27,405 nucleotides of DNA from Bacteroidales bacterium (GTDB lineage: Bacteria; Bacteroidota; Bacteroidia; Bacteroidales; WCHB1-69): contig JAQUHH010000001.1 in NCBI GenBank assembly GCA_028683685.1, positions 1-27,405 on the forward strand. Direction: 5' to 3'. The first letter of the stretch is position 1. Every line of letters starts with the position of its first letter. This document shows, one piece after another, positions 1 to 8,797 of the stretch. Made by a program: the position numbers and the translations under genes. Under the pieces are notes generated by a model, which was given only the letters and a program-made list of their open reading frames with translations, had not been told where the DNA came from and searched no databases.

Positions 1-518
1 GTTGGTCGTTTCCAAGCCAATACCGAATAATAAAAAGCCACCATCATCATACTTGCAAACGGAATATCTTTGGTATTAAAAAAGGAATGAGCATAAAAAA
101 CGGGCATCAAAATCCACAATAAAAATGAAAAGACTGCCAATAACTTATTATTAAACAACAATTTAACCAATAAAAAACAAAACAGACCACCAAGAATGAA
201 GAAAAAATGAGAAACCAAATGTCGAACTAAAAAAATCTCTCTAAAACTGTCTGCATTTGCAACTTTTTCAGCAACTAGCAGAAACAGTTCGAAGGCAGGA
301 CCATAATCACGGTCTTTGTATGTTAATAAAACATCACTTTTCCCTAAAACATATTCAGCATTAACCAAACCAATTTCACGCTGATTGGCTTCATCCCATG
401 AAATACCGTATGAATCATAAACATTTATAGCCACCAAAAGTGAAAATGCCACCAAAAGCACTGGCAAAATGCCAACATTCATAAACCAAGAAAAAACGAG
501 TGCAATTATTTTTTTCAA
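1..518 (-). CDS. GT-C fold membrane glycosyltransferase (GT39/ArnT-PMT-like), runs off the window start
   Basis: Manual translation, open from TTG at 518 (alternative ATG at 482) to the edge: KKIIALVFSWFMNVGILPVLLVAFSLLVAINVYDSYGISWDE...DYGPAFE...RHL...HSFFNTKDIPF. Hydrophobic segments plus the acidic WDE loop motif of GT-C enzymes. Not in the ORF track, probably because there is no stop in the window. Confidence 0.75.
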   Translation of the reverse strand, partial: MKKIIALVFSWFMNVGILPVLLVAFSLLVAINVYDSYGISWDEANQREIGLVNAEYVLGKSDVLLTYKDRDYGPAFELFLLVAEKVANADSFREIFLVRHLVSHFFFILGGLFCFLLVKLLFNNKLLAVFSFLLWILMPVFYAHSFFNTKDIPFASMMMVAFYYSVLAWKRP

Positions 519-546
519 AATCAGAATTTGGAAAAAGTTATTCAAG

Positions 547-554
547 CAAAACTA
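547..554 (-). promoter_or_regulatory. Bacteroidota -7 promoter box (TAGTTTTG) for the GT-C gene
   Basis: Matches TAnnTTTG on the minus strand about 30 nt upstream of the TTG start; divergent from the dapD promoter. Confidence 0.55.
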
Positions 555-584
555 CAAAAAAGTTGAATGGAATCTCAAAAAGAG

Positions 585-592
585 TAAATTTG
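585..592 (+). promoter_or_regulatory. Bacteroidota -7 promoter box (TAAATTTG) for dapD
   Basis: TAnnTTTG with a TTG at 563-565 (19-nt spacer), 30 nt before the ATG at 623. Confidence 0.65.
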
Positions 593-622
593 TCATTCAA
601 TACGAACGAAGTTTATATCAAA

Positions 623-1444
623 ATGAGAAAAATAGAATTACAGAAAATAGTTGAAAAAATTTGGGAAAACAGGGCATTGTTAGAATCAGATGATAACAAA
701 AAAGCCATTGAAGAAGTTGTTTCGATGTTGGATTCTGGGGAATTGAGAGTAGCTGAAAAAATTGAAGACAATTGGGTTATCAACGATTGGGTTAAAAAAG
801 CAGTAATTTTATATTTTCCTATTCGGAAGATGGAGACGATTGAAGTTGGACCATTTGAATTTCATGATAAAATCCCCTTAAAAACCAAGTATGCAGAAAA
901 AGGGATTAGAGTGGTGCCACATGCCATTGCACGTCACGGTTCTTACATTTCAAAGGGGGTAATTTTGATGCCATCGTATGTCAACATTGGAGCCTATATC
1001 GACAGCGACACCATGATTGATACATGGGCAACGGTGGGTTCGTGTGCACAAATTGGCAAAGGCGTTCATTTAAGCGGAGGCGTTGGCATTGGCGGAGTTT
1101 TAGAACCAGTCCAAGCCGCTCCCGTTATTATCGAAGATGGCTGTTTTATTGGTTCGCGTTGCATCGTAGTAGAAGGCGTCCACATTGAAAAAGAAGCCGT
1201 TTTGGGGGCCAATGTGGTCATTACATCTTCCACTAAAATTTTGGATGTAAGTCAAGCCGAAATAAAAGAATACAAAGGATTTATTCCCGAACGTTCGGTT
1301 GTCATTCCTGGAACAATACCCAAAGAATTTCCAGCCGGAACATTTCAAGTTCCATGTGCGTTAATTATTGGAAAAAGAAAGGCCTCTACCGATTTAAAAA
1401 CCTCCTTGAATGACGCGCTAAGAGACTATCAACTAAGCGTATAG
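623..1444 (+). CDS. dapD: 2,3,4,5-tetrahydropyridine-2,6-dicarboxylate N-succinyltransferase
   Basis: WVKKAVILYF, HDKIPLK, RVVPHAIARHGSYI, MPSYVNIGAY, TWATVGSCAQIG, HLSGGVGIGGVLEP hexapeptide motifs. Start moved from ORF-track 500 to ATG 623 because the promoter box lies at 585-592. Confidence 0.95.
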   Translation: MRKIELQKIVEKIWENRALLESDDNKKAIEEVVSMLDSGELRVAEKIEDNWVINDWVKKAVILYFPIRKMETIEVGPFEFHDKIPLKTKYAEKGIRVVPHAIARHGSYISKGVILMPSYVNIGAYIDSDTMIDTWATVGSCAQIGKGVHLSGGVGIGGVLEPVQAAPVIIEDGCFIGSRCIVVEGVHIEKEAVLGANVVITSSTKILDVSQAEIKEYKGFIPERSVVIPGTIPKEFPAGTFQVPCALIIGKRKASTDLKTSLNDALRDYQLSV

Positions 1445-1632
1445 AGATCAAGATAAGCATTCAAGAGAAAGTTCAGAAAGTAAAAAGCAAACAATGACAA
1501 CAAATAAATAAATTTTATCAACAAAACGATTTTAATACTTCATGCGTTACTCGAAATAAAAATCCTAATTTAAAGTTTTATAAAAAAATTGTGATGCTTT
1601 CGTTTTTAATCATTTAAGTAAAAAAAAAAACG

Positions 1633-1640
1633 TACGTTTG
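1633..1640 (+). promoter_or_regulatory. -7 promoter box (TACGTTTG) preceded by an A11 tract (1620-1630)
   Basis: TAnnTTTG consensus about 31 nt upstream of ATG 1672. Confidence 0.6.
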
Positions 1641-1671
1641 CAGTCCATTTTTTAAACAAGCAGTCCTCATT

Positions 1672-2304
1672 ATGATTCGATTTATCTACATATTGATAAT
1701 CAGCGTTCTACTTTTGGCATCCTGTTCAAAAGTAGAGAAATCATATTATGAAAATGGACAAATAAAATCGGAAGTTAGATACAAAAACAAAAAACGAGAC
1801 GGAAACTCTATTTGGTATCACCCAAATGGTCAAATCCAGATGGAGGCAAATTATAGCAATGACGTTTTAGATGGTAAACTTGAACGTTTTTTTCACAATG
1901 GCAGTTTGCAACTTATGGAAAATTACAAGGAAGGTATTTTGCATGGCGAAAAAAAGAGCTGGGACAACAAAGGTCATTTAACCTACTTTGCAAACTACGA
2001 AAACGGCAAATTACAAGGGAAATACAATGTTTATTATCCCGATGAATATATCCAGATTGAAGGGAACTATAATCAAGATAATTATCATGGGAAATGGATT
2101 TATTATTCCATTAGCGGACAAATTGTAGGAGAAGGCGAGTTTAAAAATGGAAATGGCACCCAAAATGAATATGATTTTAATGGAAGCATCAAAAAAACAA
2201 CAAAGTACAAAGACAACTTAAAAGAAGGTTTTGAGTATATTTTCAACAATAAAGGCGATACAATTACAACAAACGAATATCAAAAAGGAGAGTTAATTAA
2301 TTAA
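1672..2304 (+). CDS. MORN-variant repeat (YwqK-like) lipoprotein
   Basis: Lipobox LLASC (Cys18); repeated Y/W-Y/H-x-N-G-Q/K...Y-x-N/D-G-x-L-x-G units (YYENGQI, WYHPNGQI, FFHNGSL, YYSISGQI). Confidence 0.8.
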   Translation: MIRFIYILIISVLLLASCSKVEKSYYENGQIKSEVRYKNKKRDGNSIWYHPNGQIQMEANYSNDVLDGKLERFFHNGSLQLMENYKEGILHGEKKSWDNKGHLTYFANYENGKLQGKYNVYYPDEYIQIEGNYNQDNYHGKWIYYSISGQIVGEGEFKNGNGTQNEYDFNGSIKKTTKYKDNLKEGFEYIFNNKGDTITTNEYQKGELIN

Positions 2305-2362
2305 TTAACACCACATTCTAAATAAAAATTATATATTGAACAAAATTTCAAATAATCTGAAC

Positions 2363-3295
2363 ATGGTAAAAACTGAACTAACTGATAATGAGTACGAAAA
2401 ACTGGCATCACAAGGCATAATTAGCCTTTATCAGTTTATCAATCAAACGTTTAACATCACCGATGCAAAAACGGCTCACAATGAGCCTGAAAACAATGAA
2501 GAAATCCTTACTCAGTTTTCAGGCATTGATGACGCCATGGGTGCTTTAATTCCCGGAAATTTATACTGCGTTGCTGTGAAACCTGGCAAAGGGAAAACGG
2601 CGTTCTTACTCTCGTTGGCAAAAAACATTGCCATCAAAGATTCGCATCCCATTGCTATTTTCTCTCCCGAACGCTCTTCTTCAAAACTTATCCAAAGAAT
2701 TATTGAAAGCGAAACAGCTTCCTCTTTTTCCAAGGTTGTAAGTGATTATGCAGAACAGCTTTCAGACGAAAAAACAAATGAGCTTATTAACCGTATGAGA
2801 GAATCATCTTTTTTTATCGACGATTCAAGCATACTCTCTCCAGAAGAAATTGAAGAAAAAACTCTTTTATTAAAAGAAAACTTCAATGTTAAAGTCATCT
2901 TTATTGACAACATTGAATTGTATGCTCAACATATTCAAAATCTTGAAAAAAACTCTGAAGAGCACGATAAATTAATGGGAAAATTAAAACAAATTGCCAC
3001 TAAGCTAAACATTCCCATCGTCGCTTTTTCTCAAATATCAAATTCTAAATTTTTAAACGATCCATCGGCAGAACCTGGTTTGGAAAACATTCCTCCTTTT
3101 ATCACCGAACATTGTGATTCTATTATGGTGCTTCACCGCCCATCGGTCATTCAATTTAACAAACCGAAACACGAAGAGTGGGAAGGACATGCAAAAGTTT
3201 TTATTGTTCGCCATTCTAAAAAAGTAGAAAAAACAAGTATTCGTTTGAAATACATTGAAAAAACAGATAGTTTCACCAATGAAGATCCCCAATAG
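2363..3295 (+). CDS. DnaB-like helicase, C-terminal (RecA-fold) domain only, degenerate
   Basis: AVKPGKGKTAFLLSLA (cf. DnaB AARPGMGKTAF), IFSPERS (cf. FSLEMS), IFIDNIEL (cf. IIDYLQL), LKQIATKLNIPIVAFSQ, DSIMVLHRP. About 310 aa with no DnaB N-terminal domain. Start at ATG 2363 preferred over TTG 2336. Confidence 0.75.
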   Translation: MVKTELTDNEYEKLASQGIISLYQFINQTFNITDAKTAHNEPENNEEILTQFSGIDDAMGALIPGNLYCVAVKPGKGKTAFLLSLAKNIAIKDSHPIAIFSPERSSSKLIQRIIESETASSFSKVVSDYAEQLSDEKTNELINRMRESSFFIDDSSILSPEEIEEKTLLLKENFNVKVIFIDNIELYAQHIQNLEKNSEEHDKLMGKLKQIATKLNIPIVAFSQISNSKFLNDPSAEPGLENIPPFITEHCDSIMVLHRPSVIQFNKPKHEEWEGHAKVFIVRHSKKVEKTSIRLKYIEKTDSFTNEDPQ

Positions 3296-3824
3296 AACAG
3301 AACTGAACGAAGATTTCTTCATACAACAAGCCCATACCATTGGCATGCACATGATGACAGCTGCCGAAACGGCTCCTACTGGAAGAGGACGTAATACTCT
3401 AAAAATGTGCCTTTTGCAAAAAGAAGAGAAAGACAATATTGCCAAAGAAATGATTCGCATGGCTGAGAATGGGCATCCCCAATTTTTTTTTCGTGATGCC
3501 GAAAACATTCTTCAAGCTCATGCCCTACTCATTATGGGCTCGAGCATTGACCCGCTCGGATTGCCCAATTGCAAATTTTGCGGCTTTGATTCCTGTGAAG
3601 AAAAAAACACGTACAGCAATACTCCCTGCTCTTTCAATTCGGTTGATTTAGGCATCGCCTTAGGCTCAGCAGTTTCTACCTCGGCTCTTTTAAAAGCCGA
3701 TACTCGAATTATGTATTCTGTTGGAAAAGCAGCTCAGTTCCTTAAAATCTTAGGGGAAGATGTGAAAATTGCATTTGGAATTCCAATTAGTATCAGTTCA
3801 AAAAGTCCGTTCTTCGACCGATAG
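3279..3824 (+). CDS. DUF2148-like ferredoxin-domain / nitroreductase-fold protein
   Basis: TAPTGRG, CKFCGFDSC...PC cysteine cluster, DLGIALGSAV, DTRIMYSVGKAA, GIPISISSKSPFFDR. ATG 3279 overlaps the DnaB-like gene end by 17 nt. Confidence 0.75.
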   Translation: MKIPNRTELNEDFFIQQAHTIGMHMMTAAETAPTGRGRNTLKMCLLQKEEKDNIAKEMIRMAENGHPQFFFRDAENILQAHALLIMGSSIDPLGLPNCKFCGFDSCEEKNTYSNTPCSFNSVDLGIALGSAVSTSALLKADTRIMYSVGKAAQFLKILGEDVKIAFGIPISISSKSPFFDR

Positions 3825-3825
3825 T

Positions 3826-3883
3826 TTAGTCTTCCCCCGACTGTTTAGCGTCGCAAAACAGTCGAGAAACGATTAAAGACTAA
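3826..3883 (+). terminator. Nested stem-loop after the DUF2148-like gene, possible terminator
   Basis: Inner stem CGACTGTTT (3838-3846)/AAACAGTCG (3856-3864); outer stem TTAGTCTT (3826-3833)/AAGACTAA (3876-3883). No clean U-tract. Confidence 0.45.
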
Positions 3884-3955
3884 TTGATTATTTCCTAAAA
3901 AAAGCAAATAATCAATAAACCTATGCAAAAAACCGAATTTAACCATAAAAAAAGG

Positions 3956-3963
3956 TAATTTTG
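3956..3963 (+). promoter_or_regulatory. -7 promoter box (TAATTTTG) for the ruvX-def cluster
   Basis: TAnnTTTG 14 nt upstream of ATG 3978. Confidence 0.6.
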
Positions 3964-3977
3964 CAAAAAAAGATTGT

Positions 3978-4394
3978 ATGGGTCGCATTATGGCAATTGA
4001 TTATGGACAAAAAAGAGTGGGTATCGCTGTTACCGATGAGTTGCAGATATTTGCCACCGCTTTGGAGACCGTTGCTGCTCACGATATTTTTACTTTTCTG
4101 AAAAAATATTTCGCCCAAAACAAAGTTGACATTGTAGTTATTGGCGAACCCAAACAGATGAATAATACCAAATCTGATGCCGCTCGATTTATTGATCCTT
4201 TCGTTACTAAAATCAAAAAAGAATTTCCCGACATGCCCATTGAGCGATACGATGAGCGTTTTACTTCAAAAATGGCATTTCAAACGATGATTGATTCGGG
4301 AATTGGTCGCGAAAAAAGAAAAAACAAAGCATTGGTCGACAGCATTAGTGCAACCCTCATATTGCAATCTTATTTAGAATCAAAAAACCATTAA
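3978..4394 (+). CDS. ruvX: RuvX/YqgF resolvase-like nuclease (pre-16S rRNA processing)
   Basis: IMAIDYGQKRVGIAVTD, VVIGEP, DERFTS, VDSISATLILQSYL. Confidence 0.95.
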   Translation: MGRIMAIDYGQKRVGIAVTDELQIFATALETVAAHDIFTFLKKYFAQNKVDIVVIGEPKQMNNTKSDAARFIDPFVTKIKKEFPDMPIERYDERFTSKMAFQTMIDSGIGREKRKNKALVDSISATLILQSYLESKNH

Positions 4395-4407
4395 ATTTTA
4401 ATACAAA

Positions 4408-4965
4408 ATGATATTACCAATTGTTGCATACGGACATCCCACCTTGAAAAAAAAGGCGCAAAACATTAGCAAGGATTATCCAAATTTATCAGAACTTATT
4501 GAAAACATGTGGGAAACCATGGGTCAATCCAGCGGAGTTGGATTAGCAGCCCCACAAGTAAATCTTTCCATTCGTCTTTTTGTGATTGACGCAACGCATT
4601 ATCTGGAAGAAGAAGAATCGGACATAAAAACGTTCAAGAAAATCTTCATAAATGCCGAAATTACTGAAGAAGAGGGCGAAGAATGGTCCTTTAACGAAGG
4701 ATGCTTGAGTGTTCCTGAAATCCGTGAAGACGTACTCAGAAAACCCAATATCACCATCCGCTATTTGGATGAAAACTTTGTAGAACACACCGAAAAATAC
4801 GACGGTGTAATTGCTAGAATTATACAGCATGAATACGACCATTTGGAAGGAAAACTATTTGTAGACCGCATCAATTCACTTCGTAGAATATTATTAAAGC
4901 GCAAATTAAATGAAATTACGAAAGGCATCGTAAATGTAAATTATAAAATGATTTTTCCAAAATAA
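4408..4965 (+). CDS. def: Peptide deformylase
   Basis: GVGLAAPQV, EGCLS and QHEYDHL motifs all present. Confidence 0.97.
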   Translation: MILPIVAYGHPTLKKKAQNISKDYPNLSELIENMWETMGQSSGVGLAAPQVNLSIRLFVIDATHYLEEEESDIKTFKKIFINAEITEEEGEEWSFNEGCLSVPEIREDVLRKPNITIRYLDENFVEHTEKYDGVIARIIQHEYDHLEGKLFVDRINSLRRILLKRKLNEITKGIVNVNYKMIFPK

Positions 4966-4985
4966 ACAATTTAAATCCATTCAAC

Positions 4986-5525
4986 ATGAAAAAAGTATTT
5001 GTAATTATTGCTATTAGCTCCCTTTTATTAGGAATTTCTTGCACAAAAAAAGCCAATCTGAAAGAAGAAATCGCACAGCTCGAAAAAGAACTTTACGACA
5101 CTACCAACACAAAAGTGGACGAGAAAACAGCACTCTTATTGGTGGATAAATATATTGCTTATGCCGACGAAAACAAGGAAGACACACTCAGTCCCGTGTA
5201 TCTTTTTAAAGGGGGAGAAATTTGCATGAATATTAAAAAAGGGGACAAAGCCATTGAACTGTTTAACAGAGTAATAGAAGATTACCCAAATTATAACAAA
5301 GCCGCCGAAACTCTTTTCTTATTGGCATTTACATACGAAAATGTAGAAAACGACATCATCGTTGCCAAAGACAAATACGAACAATTTCTCTTCAAATATC
5401 CCAATCATGAATTGACTGAACAAGTGGAACTTATACTAAAATATTTAGGGAAAACCCCCGAAGAAATTGTGGCCGAATTTGAAGCTAATCTTACGAACGA
5501 AAATGAAGTTGTAGCTGAGAAATAG
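4986..5525 (+). CDS. TPR-repeat lipoprotein
   Basis: Lipobox LGISC (Cys19); TPR-like helices (YLFKGGEI...AIELFNRVIEDYP; TLFLLAFTYEN...YEQFLFKYPNH). Confidence 0.75.
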   Translation: MKKVFVIIAISSLLLGISCTKKANLKEEIAQLEKELYDTTNTKVDEKTALLLVDKYIAYADENKEDTLSPVYLFKGGEICMNIKKGDKAIELFNRVIEDYPNYNKAAETLFLLAFTYENVENDIIVAKDKYEQFLFKYPNHELTEQVELILKYLGKTPEEIVAEFEANLTNENEVVAEK

Positions 5526-5565
5526 ACATTCCTTTTATTCTAATTTTTAACACAAAAACGAATCC

Positions 5566-6153
5566 ATGCAAATTATCATCGAATATTTTCAAAATCACAT
5601 TTTAGAATCTGTGGCAGCATTTTTCGGCTTACTTTATCTACTTTTGGCAGCCCGAGAAAATTATCTTTGCTGGATTTCAGGCATGATCAATGTGTTGATA
5701 TTTGCTTGGATTTTTTATCATGAACAGATTTTTGCAAATATGTTTTTGCAAATAATCTATTTTATCATCAGTATTTATGGCTTCTACGCATGGGTTACCA
5801 AGAAAAAAGGACATGAGGCAGTCATCACCAAAATGGATGCTTCTTTTCGAAGTTTGGTGGTCATCATGATTATAAGTATGACCGCAGTAACTTATTTAAT
5901 TTTACAACAAACAAGTTCAAACATGCTCTTTGCAGACGCTCTTACTGCTGCTGCAGGCATTATGGCTACATGGATGCAAGCACGAAAATACATCGAAAAC
6001 TGGCTTATTTGGATTCCCACCGATATGCTACTTACCTATCTTTTCTTCTCGCATGGGCTGTATATCACCGCAAGTCTTTTTGCCATTTATACCATTATCG
6101 CCATTTACGCATATTTTAACTGGAATCGTAAACTAAGAAAAGTCTCGAAGTGA
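5566..6153 (+). CDS. pnuC: Nicotinamide riboside transporter PnuC
   Basis: LAARENYLCW, QIIYFIISIYGFYAW, DALTAAAGIMATWMQARKYIENWLIW, AIYAYFNW. Confidence 0.9.
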   Translation: MQIIIEYFQNHILESVAAFFGLLYLLLAARENYLCWISGMINVLIFAWIFYHEQIFANMFLQIIYFIISIYGFYAWVTKKKGHEAVITKMDASFRSLVVIMIISMTAVTYLILQQTSSNMLFADALTAAAGIMATWMQARKYIENWLIWIPTDMLLTYLFFSHGLYITASLFAIYTIIAIYAYFNWNRKLRKVSK

Positions 6154-6677
6154 TAAAAATTGCCATTACAGGTCCCGAATCTACCGGAAAAACAAGTCTT
6201 GCTCAAGATTTAGCAAAAGAATTTGACACCCTTTGCACTTCCGAATTTGCTCGAAATTATTTGGATGAAATCAATCGTCCTTATGAATTTGAAGACATTG
6301 AAATCATTGCCAAAAACCAACGAAAACGTGAAGATGACTTACTCCTTAAAGCAAATAAAATATTATTTTGCGATACAGATATTTTAGTCACCAAAATTTG
6401 GAGCGAATTTGTATTCAAAAAATGCAGTCCATGGATAAATCAAGAATTTGAAGCAAACGACTATAATTTATATCTGCTTTGCGACATTGATATTGTTTGG
6501 GAATACGACCCACAACGCGAACATCCTCACAAAAGACAAGAACTTTTCGACATTTATAAAAACACCTTAGAGGCTCACAAATTTCCCTACATAATTGTGA
6601 ATGGAACGGGAAATCAACGAACTCAAAATGCAATTAAAGCCATTCAAAAGCATTATTCAGTGGTACCGTCATTATGA
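6150..6677 (+). CDS. nadR: NadR-type ribosylnicotinamide kinase / AAA_28 ATPase (kinase domain only)
   Basis: IAITGPESTGKT Walker A, EFARNYL, LFCDTD, YLLCDIDIVWEYDPQRE. GTG start overlaps the pnuC stop (GTGA). No N-terminal HTH or NMNAT domain. Confidence 0.8.
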   Translation: MIKIAITGPESTGKTSLAQDLAKEFDTLCTSEFARNYLDEINRPYEFEDIEIIAKNQRKREDDLLLKANKILFCDTDILVTKIWSEFVFKKCSPWINQEFEANDYNLYLLCDIDIVWEYDPQREHPHKRQELFDIYKNTLEAHKFPYIIVNGTGNQRTQNAIKAIQKHYSVVPSL

Positions 6678-8731
6678 AAGAAAATTTGAAATTAAGCATC
6701 ATTCCTTTCATTACCCTTTCATTGTGTTGCTTTTTCGCATTGATTCTTCAAAACTCATATCAAATTGATCCTGATTATGTATTTCTATTAAATGGACTAA
6801 ATGTTTACCATGGTCATTTTCAAGATATTATCCATGTTGATCACCCTGGCACTCCCTTGCAATTACTTATCGGACTTCTACTTTCAATAATCGCATTTTT
6901 TCGAAATGCACCCGATGTTGCAAGCGATGTTCTACTCCATCCAAATACGTATATTAAAACAATAATTGTTTTAATTGCTTTTTCCCAAACAATGGTTCTA
7001 TTCTTTATTGGAAAAGCATATTACAAACATCGTAAAAACCTACTGCAAACACTGATTTTACAATCTGCCATTCTCATTTCTACTACGGTTATCTTTTTTT
7101 ACATGAAGATTTTTACAGAAACCTTAATTCCGCTGGGTGTTCTTTTATTAATTCTCATTCTGATAAAAAAAATCGATTACAAAATTAATGACCTAACATA
7201 CAGCATTTTAGCAGGAATAATTATCGGTTTATTCATTGCTACAAAAATCACCTTTGCTCCTCTTTTCTTTTTAGCCATAATAATGCTTGACAAATATCGC
7301 AATATTGCTGTATTTTTAAGTATTACGGCAATAAGCTTTGTTATAGGCGTACTTCCAGTAATTGAGCGAATAAGCTATTTTCAAAAGTTTGCTCTTAATG
7401 TCGCTACTCGCGATGGTGTATATGGCTCTGGAAAAATAGAAATTTTTAATCCAGCAAGCTTTTTCAGAAATATGGCTGAACTACTTTCTACTGAATGGGC
7501 ATTTACTATTATTTTCATATTTGCAATTATAACACTGATTATCAATATCTTTAAACATAAAAAGAAGTTCTTTAAAGACAAAGAGAGAAAATTACTTTTG
7601 GCCATTACTACGAGCTTGCTGGTACAATTAATCATGGTTTCAAAAAATGGCGGAATGAGATACATGGCTCCTTCGCTGCTGCTGCTCTCTTTTGCTATGG
7701 TTTTAATAATCCAACATTTTCCTTTAAGGAAACAGTACTCAGTCGCCTTTATTTTGGTTATTTCGATGTTTGTTCTTCAAAGCCATACAAATGCAATTAA
7801 ATATAACTTTAAAGTGACGAAGCATCAAAAATCGATGCAAGCTTTTATCCAAAATAATATTCAAAAAGAGGATGCTGTTTTAATTGTTACGGATGAATCG
7901 TGGATTGGCAGTCCTTTTCAGGAACATTCCATTATGTTTGGCAAGATTTACTGTGCTCGAGAGGGATTCAAATACAATAAAATGCTCAATGAGCTTTATC
8001 CCAAAAGGTATTTTTGGGCGCACAACAAAGAACAGTATGCAAGTTGGGATGCGAACCAAATGCCAGAATTACTGCTCGAAAAACACGGCGATAATTTTTT
8101 TATTTATTTACAATATGCAAATACAGATTTGCATGATAGAGTAATTCAAGATTTCTTAAATTCAAATAAAAATGATTCCAATAAGATTTTTATCAAAAAG
8201 ATTTTTAATGATCCATTTCTAAAAGAGAAAATTTATCAAATAAAATCCCAAAACAGAACGAAAATACTTCCCCAACAAGATTTCTTTTGTGATTTTGAAG
8301 AAAATGCAACAGATGATTACTCTAAATTGATCACAAACATAGATTCTATTTTCATTCGTGATGGCGAATACAAAACCGACTACACTGCTTTTGGTGGAAA
8401 GCATTCGTTGAGTATTTCAGCAGAAAGAAAATACGGATTACCGATTGCACTAGAAAACATAAAACTGCATAATTTTATTAAAGTAGAACTAAAATGCAAA
8501 CGCAACTCTCCTAACTCAGAATTTTTAATGATTGCCAAAAATGCTCATCCTGAAGATGGATTTTTTGCATTTATCAGCAGTGCTTCAACCATTGAAAATG
8601 ACGAATGGGAAACGCTGACTTTCACCTATCGAATTGTAAACCAACCCAAAGAAGGTCTACTGGATATTTATTTTTGGAACAATAGTAAAAAAGATATTTT
8701 CGTGGATGATTTTAGAATTAAAATCTACTAA
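6674..8731 (+). CDS. Multi-pass GT-C-like membrane protein with C-terminal soluble carbohydrate-binding-like domain
   Basis: Many TM segments in about the first 370 aa, early loop DPDYVFLLNG...DHPGTP. C-terminal DFEEN...AFGGKHSL...WETLTFTY...IYFWN...FVDDFRI resembles a galactose-binding/CBM jelly roll. ATGA overlap with the nadR stop. Confidence 0.5.
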   Translation: MKENLKLSIIPFITLSLCCFFALILQNSYQIDPDYVFLLNGLNVYHGHFQDIIHVDHPGTPLQLLIGLLLSIIAFFRNAPDVASDVLLHPNTYIKTIIVLIAFSQTMVLFFIGKAYYKHRKNLLQTLILQSAILISTTVIFFYMKIFTETLIPLGVLLLILILIKKIDYKINDLTYSILAGIIIGLFIATKITFAPLFFLAIIMLDKYRNIAVFLSITAISFVIGVLPVIERISYFQKFALNVATRDGVYGSGKIEIFNPASFFRNMAELLSTEWAFTIIFIFAIITLIINIFKHKKKFFKDKERKLLLAITTSLLVQLIMVSKNGGMRYMAPSLLLLSFAMVLIIQHFPLRKQYSVAFILVISMFVLQSHTNAIKYNFKVTKHQKSMQAFIQNNIQKEDAVLIVTDESWIGSPFQEHSIMFGKIYCAREGFKYNKMLNELYPKRYFWAHNKEQYASWDANQMPELLLEKHGDNFFIYLQYANTDLHDRVIQDFLNSNKNDSNKIFIKKIFNDPFLKEKIYQIKSQNRTKILPQQDFFCDFEENATDDYSKLITNIDSIFIRDGEYKTDYTAFGGKHSLSISAERKYGLPIALENIKLHNFIKVELKCKRNSPNSEFLMIAKNAHPEDGFFAFISSASTIENDEWETLTFTYRIVNQPKEGLLDIYFWNNSKKDIFVDDFRIKIY

Positions 8732-8797
8732 GAAAAGACATCTGACACAGATGCTGTAGGTTTAAACCCTCATTAAACTTTTTCATCAGCAAAACTA

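Noticed and set aside
500-622. N-terminal extension of dapD in the ORF track (and the 469-654 ORF)
   Set aside because: It overlaps the divergent GT-C gene start and both promoter boxes; DapD homology starts near ATG 623.
1445-1510. Possible degenerate heptamer run after dapD (AGAAAGT..AGAAAGT AAAAAGC)
   Set aside because: Too degenerate and A-rich to distinguish from background.
1620-1630. Phase-variable promoter homopolymers (A11 here; A10 on minus at 17462-17471)
   Set aside because: A-tracts also precede other -7 boxes (e.g. ruvX) and are expected in AT-rich Bacteroidota promoters; there is no evidence of length variation.
1672-2304. YwqK antitoxin of a polymorphic toxin system
   Set aside because: The MORN-variant repeat is generic, the protein has a lipoprotein signal, and no adjacent toxin gene is present.
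2363-3295. Prophage or ICE replication module
   Set aside because: No primase, integrase, structural or conjugation genes nearby; the flanks are housekeeping.
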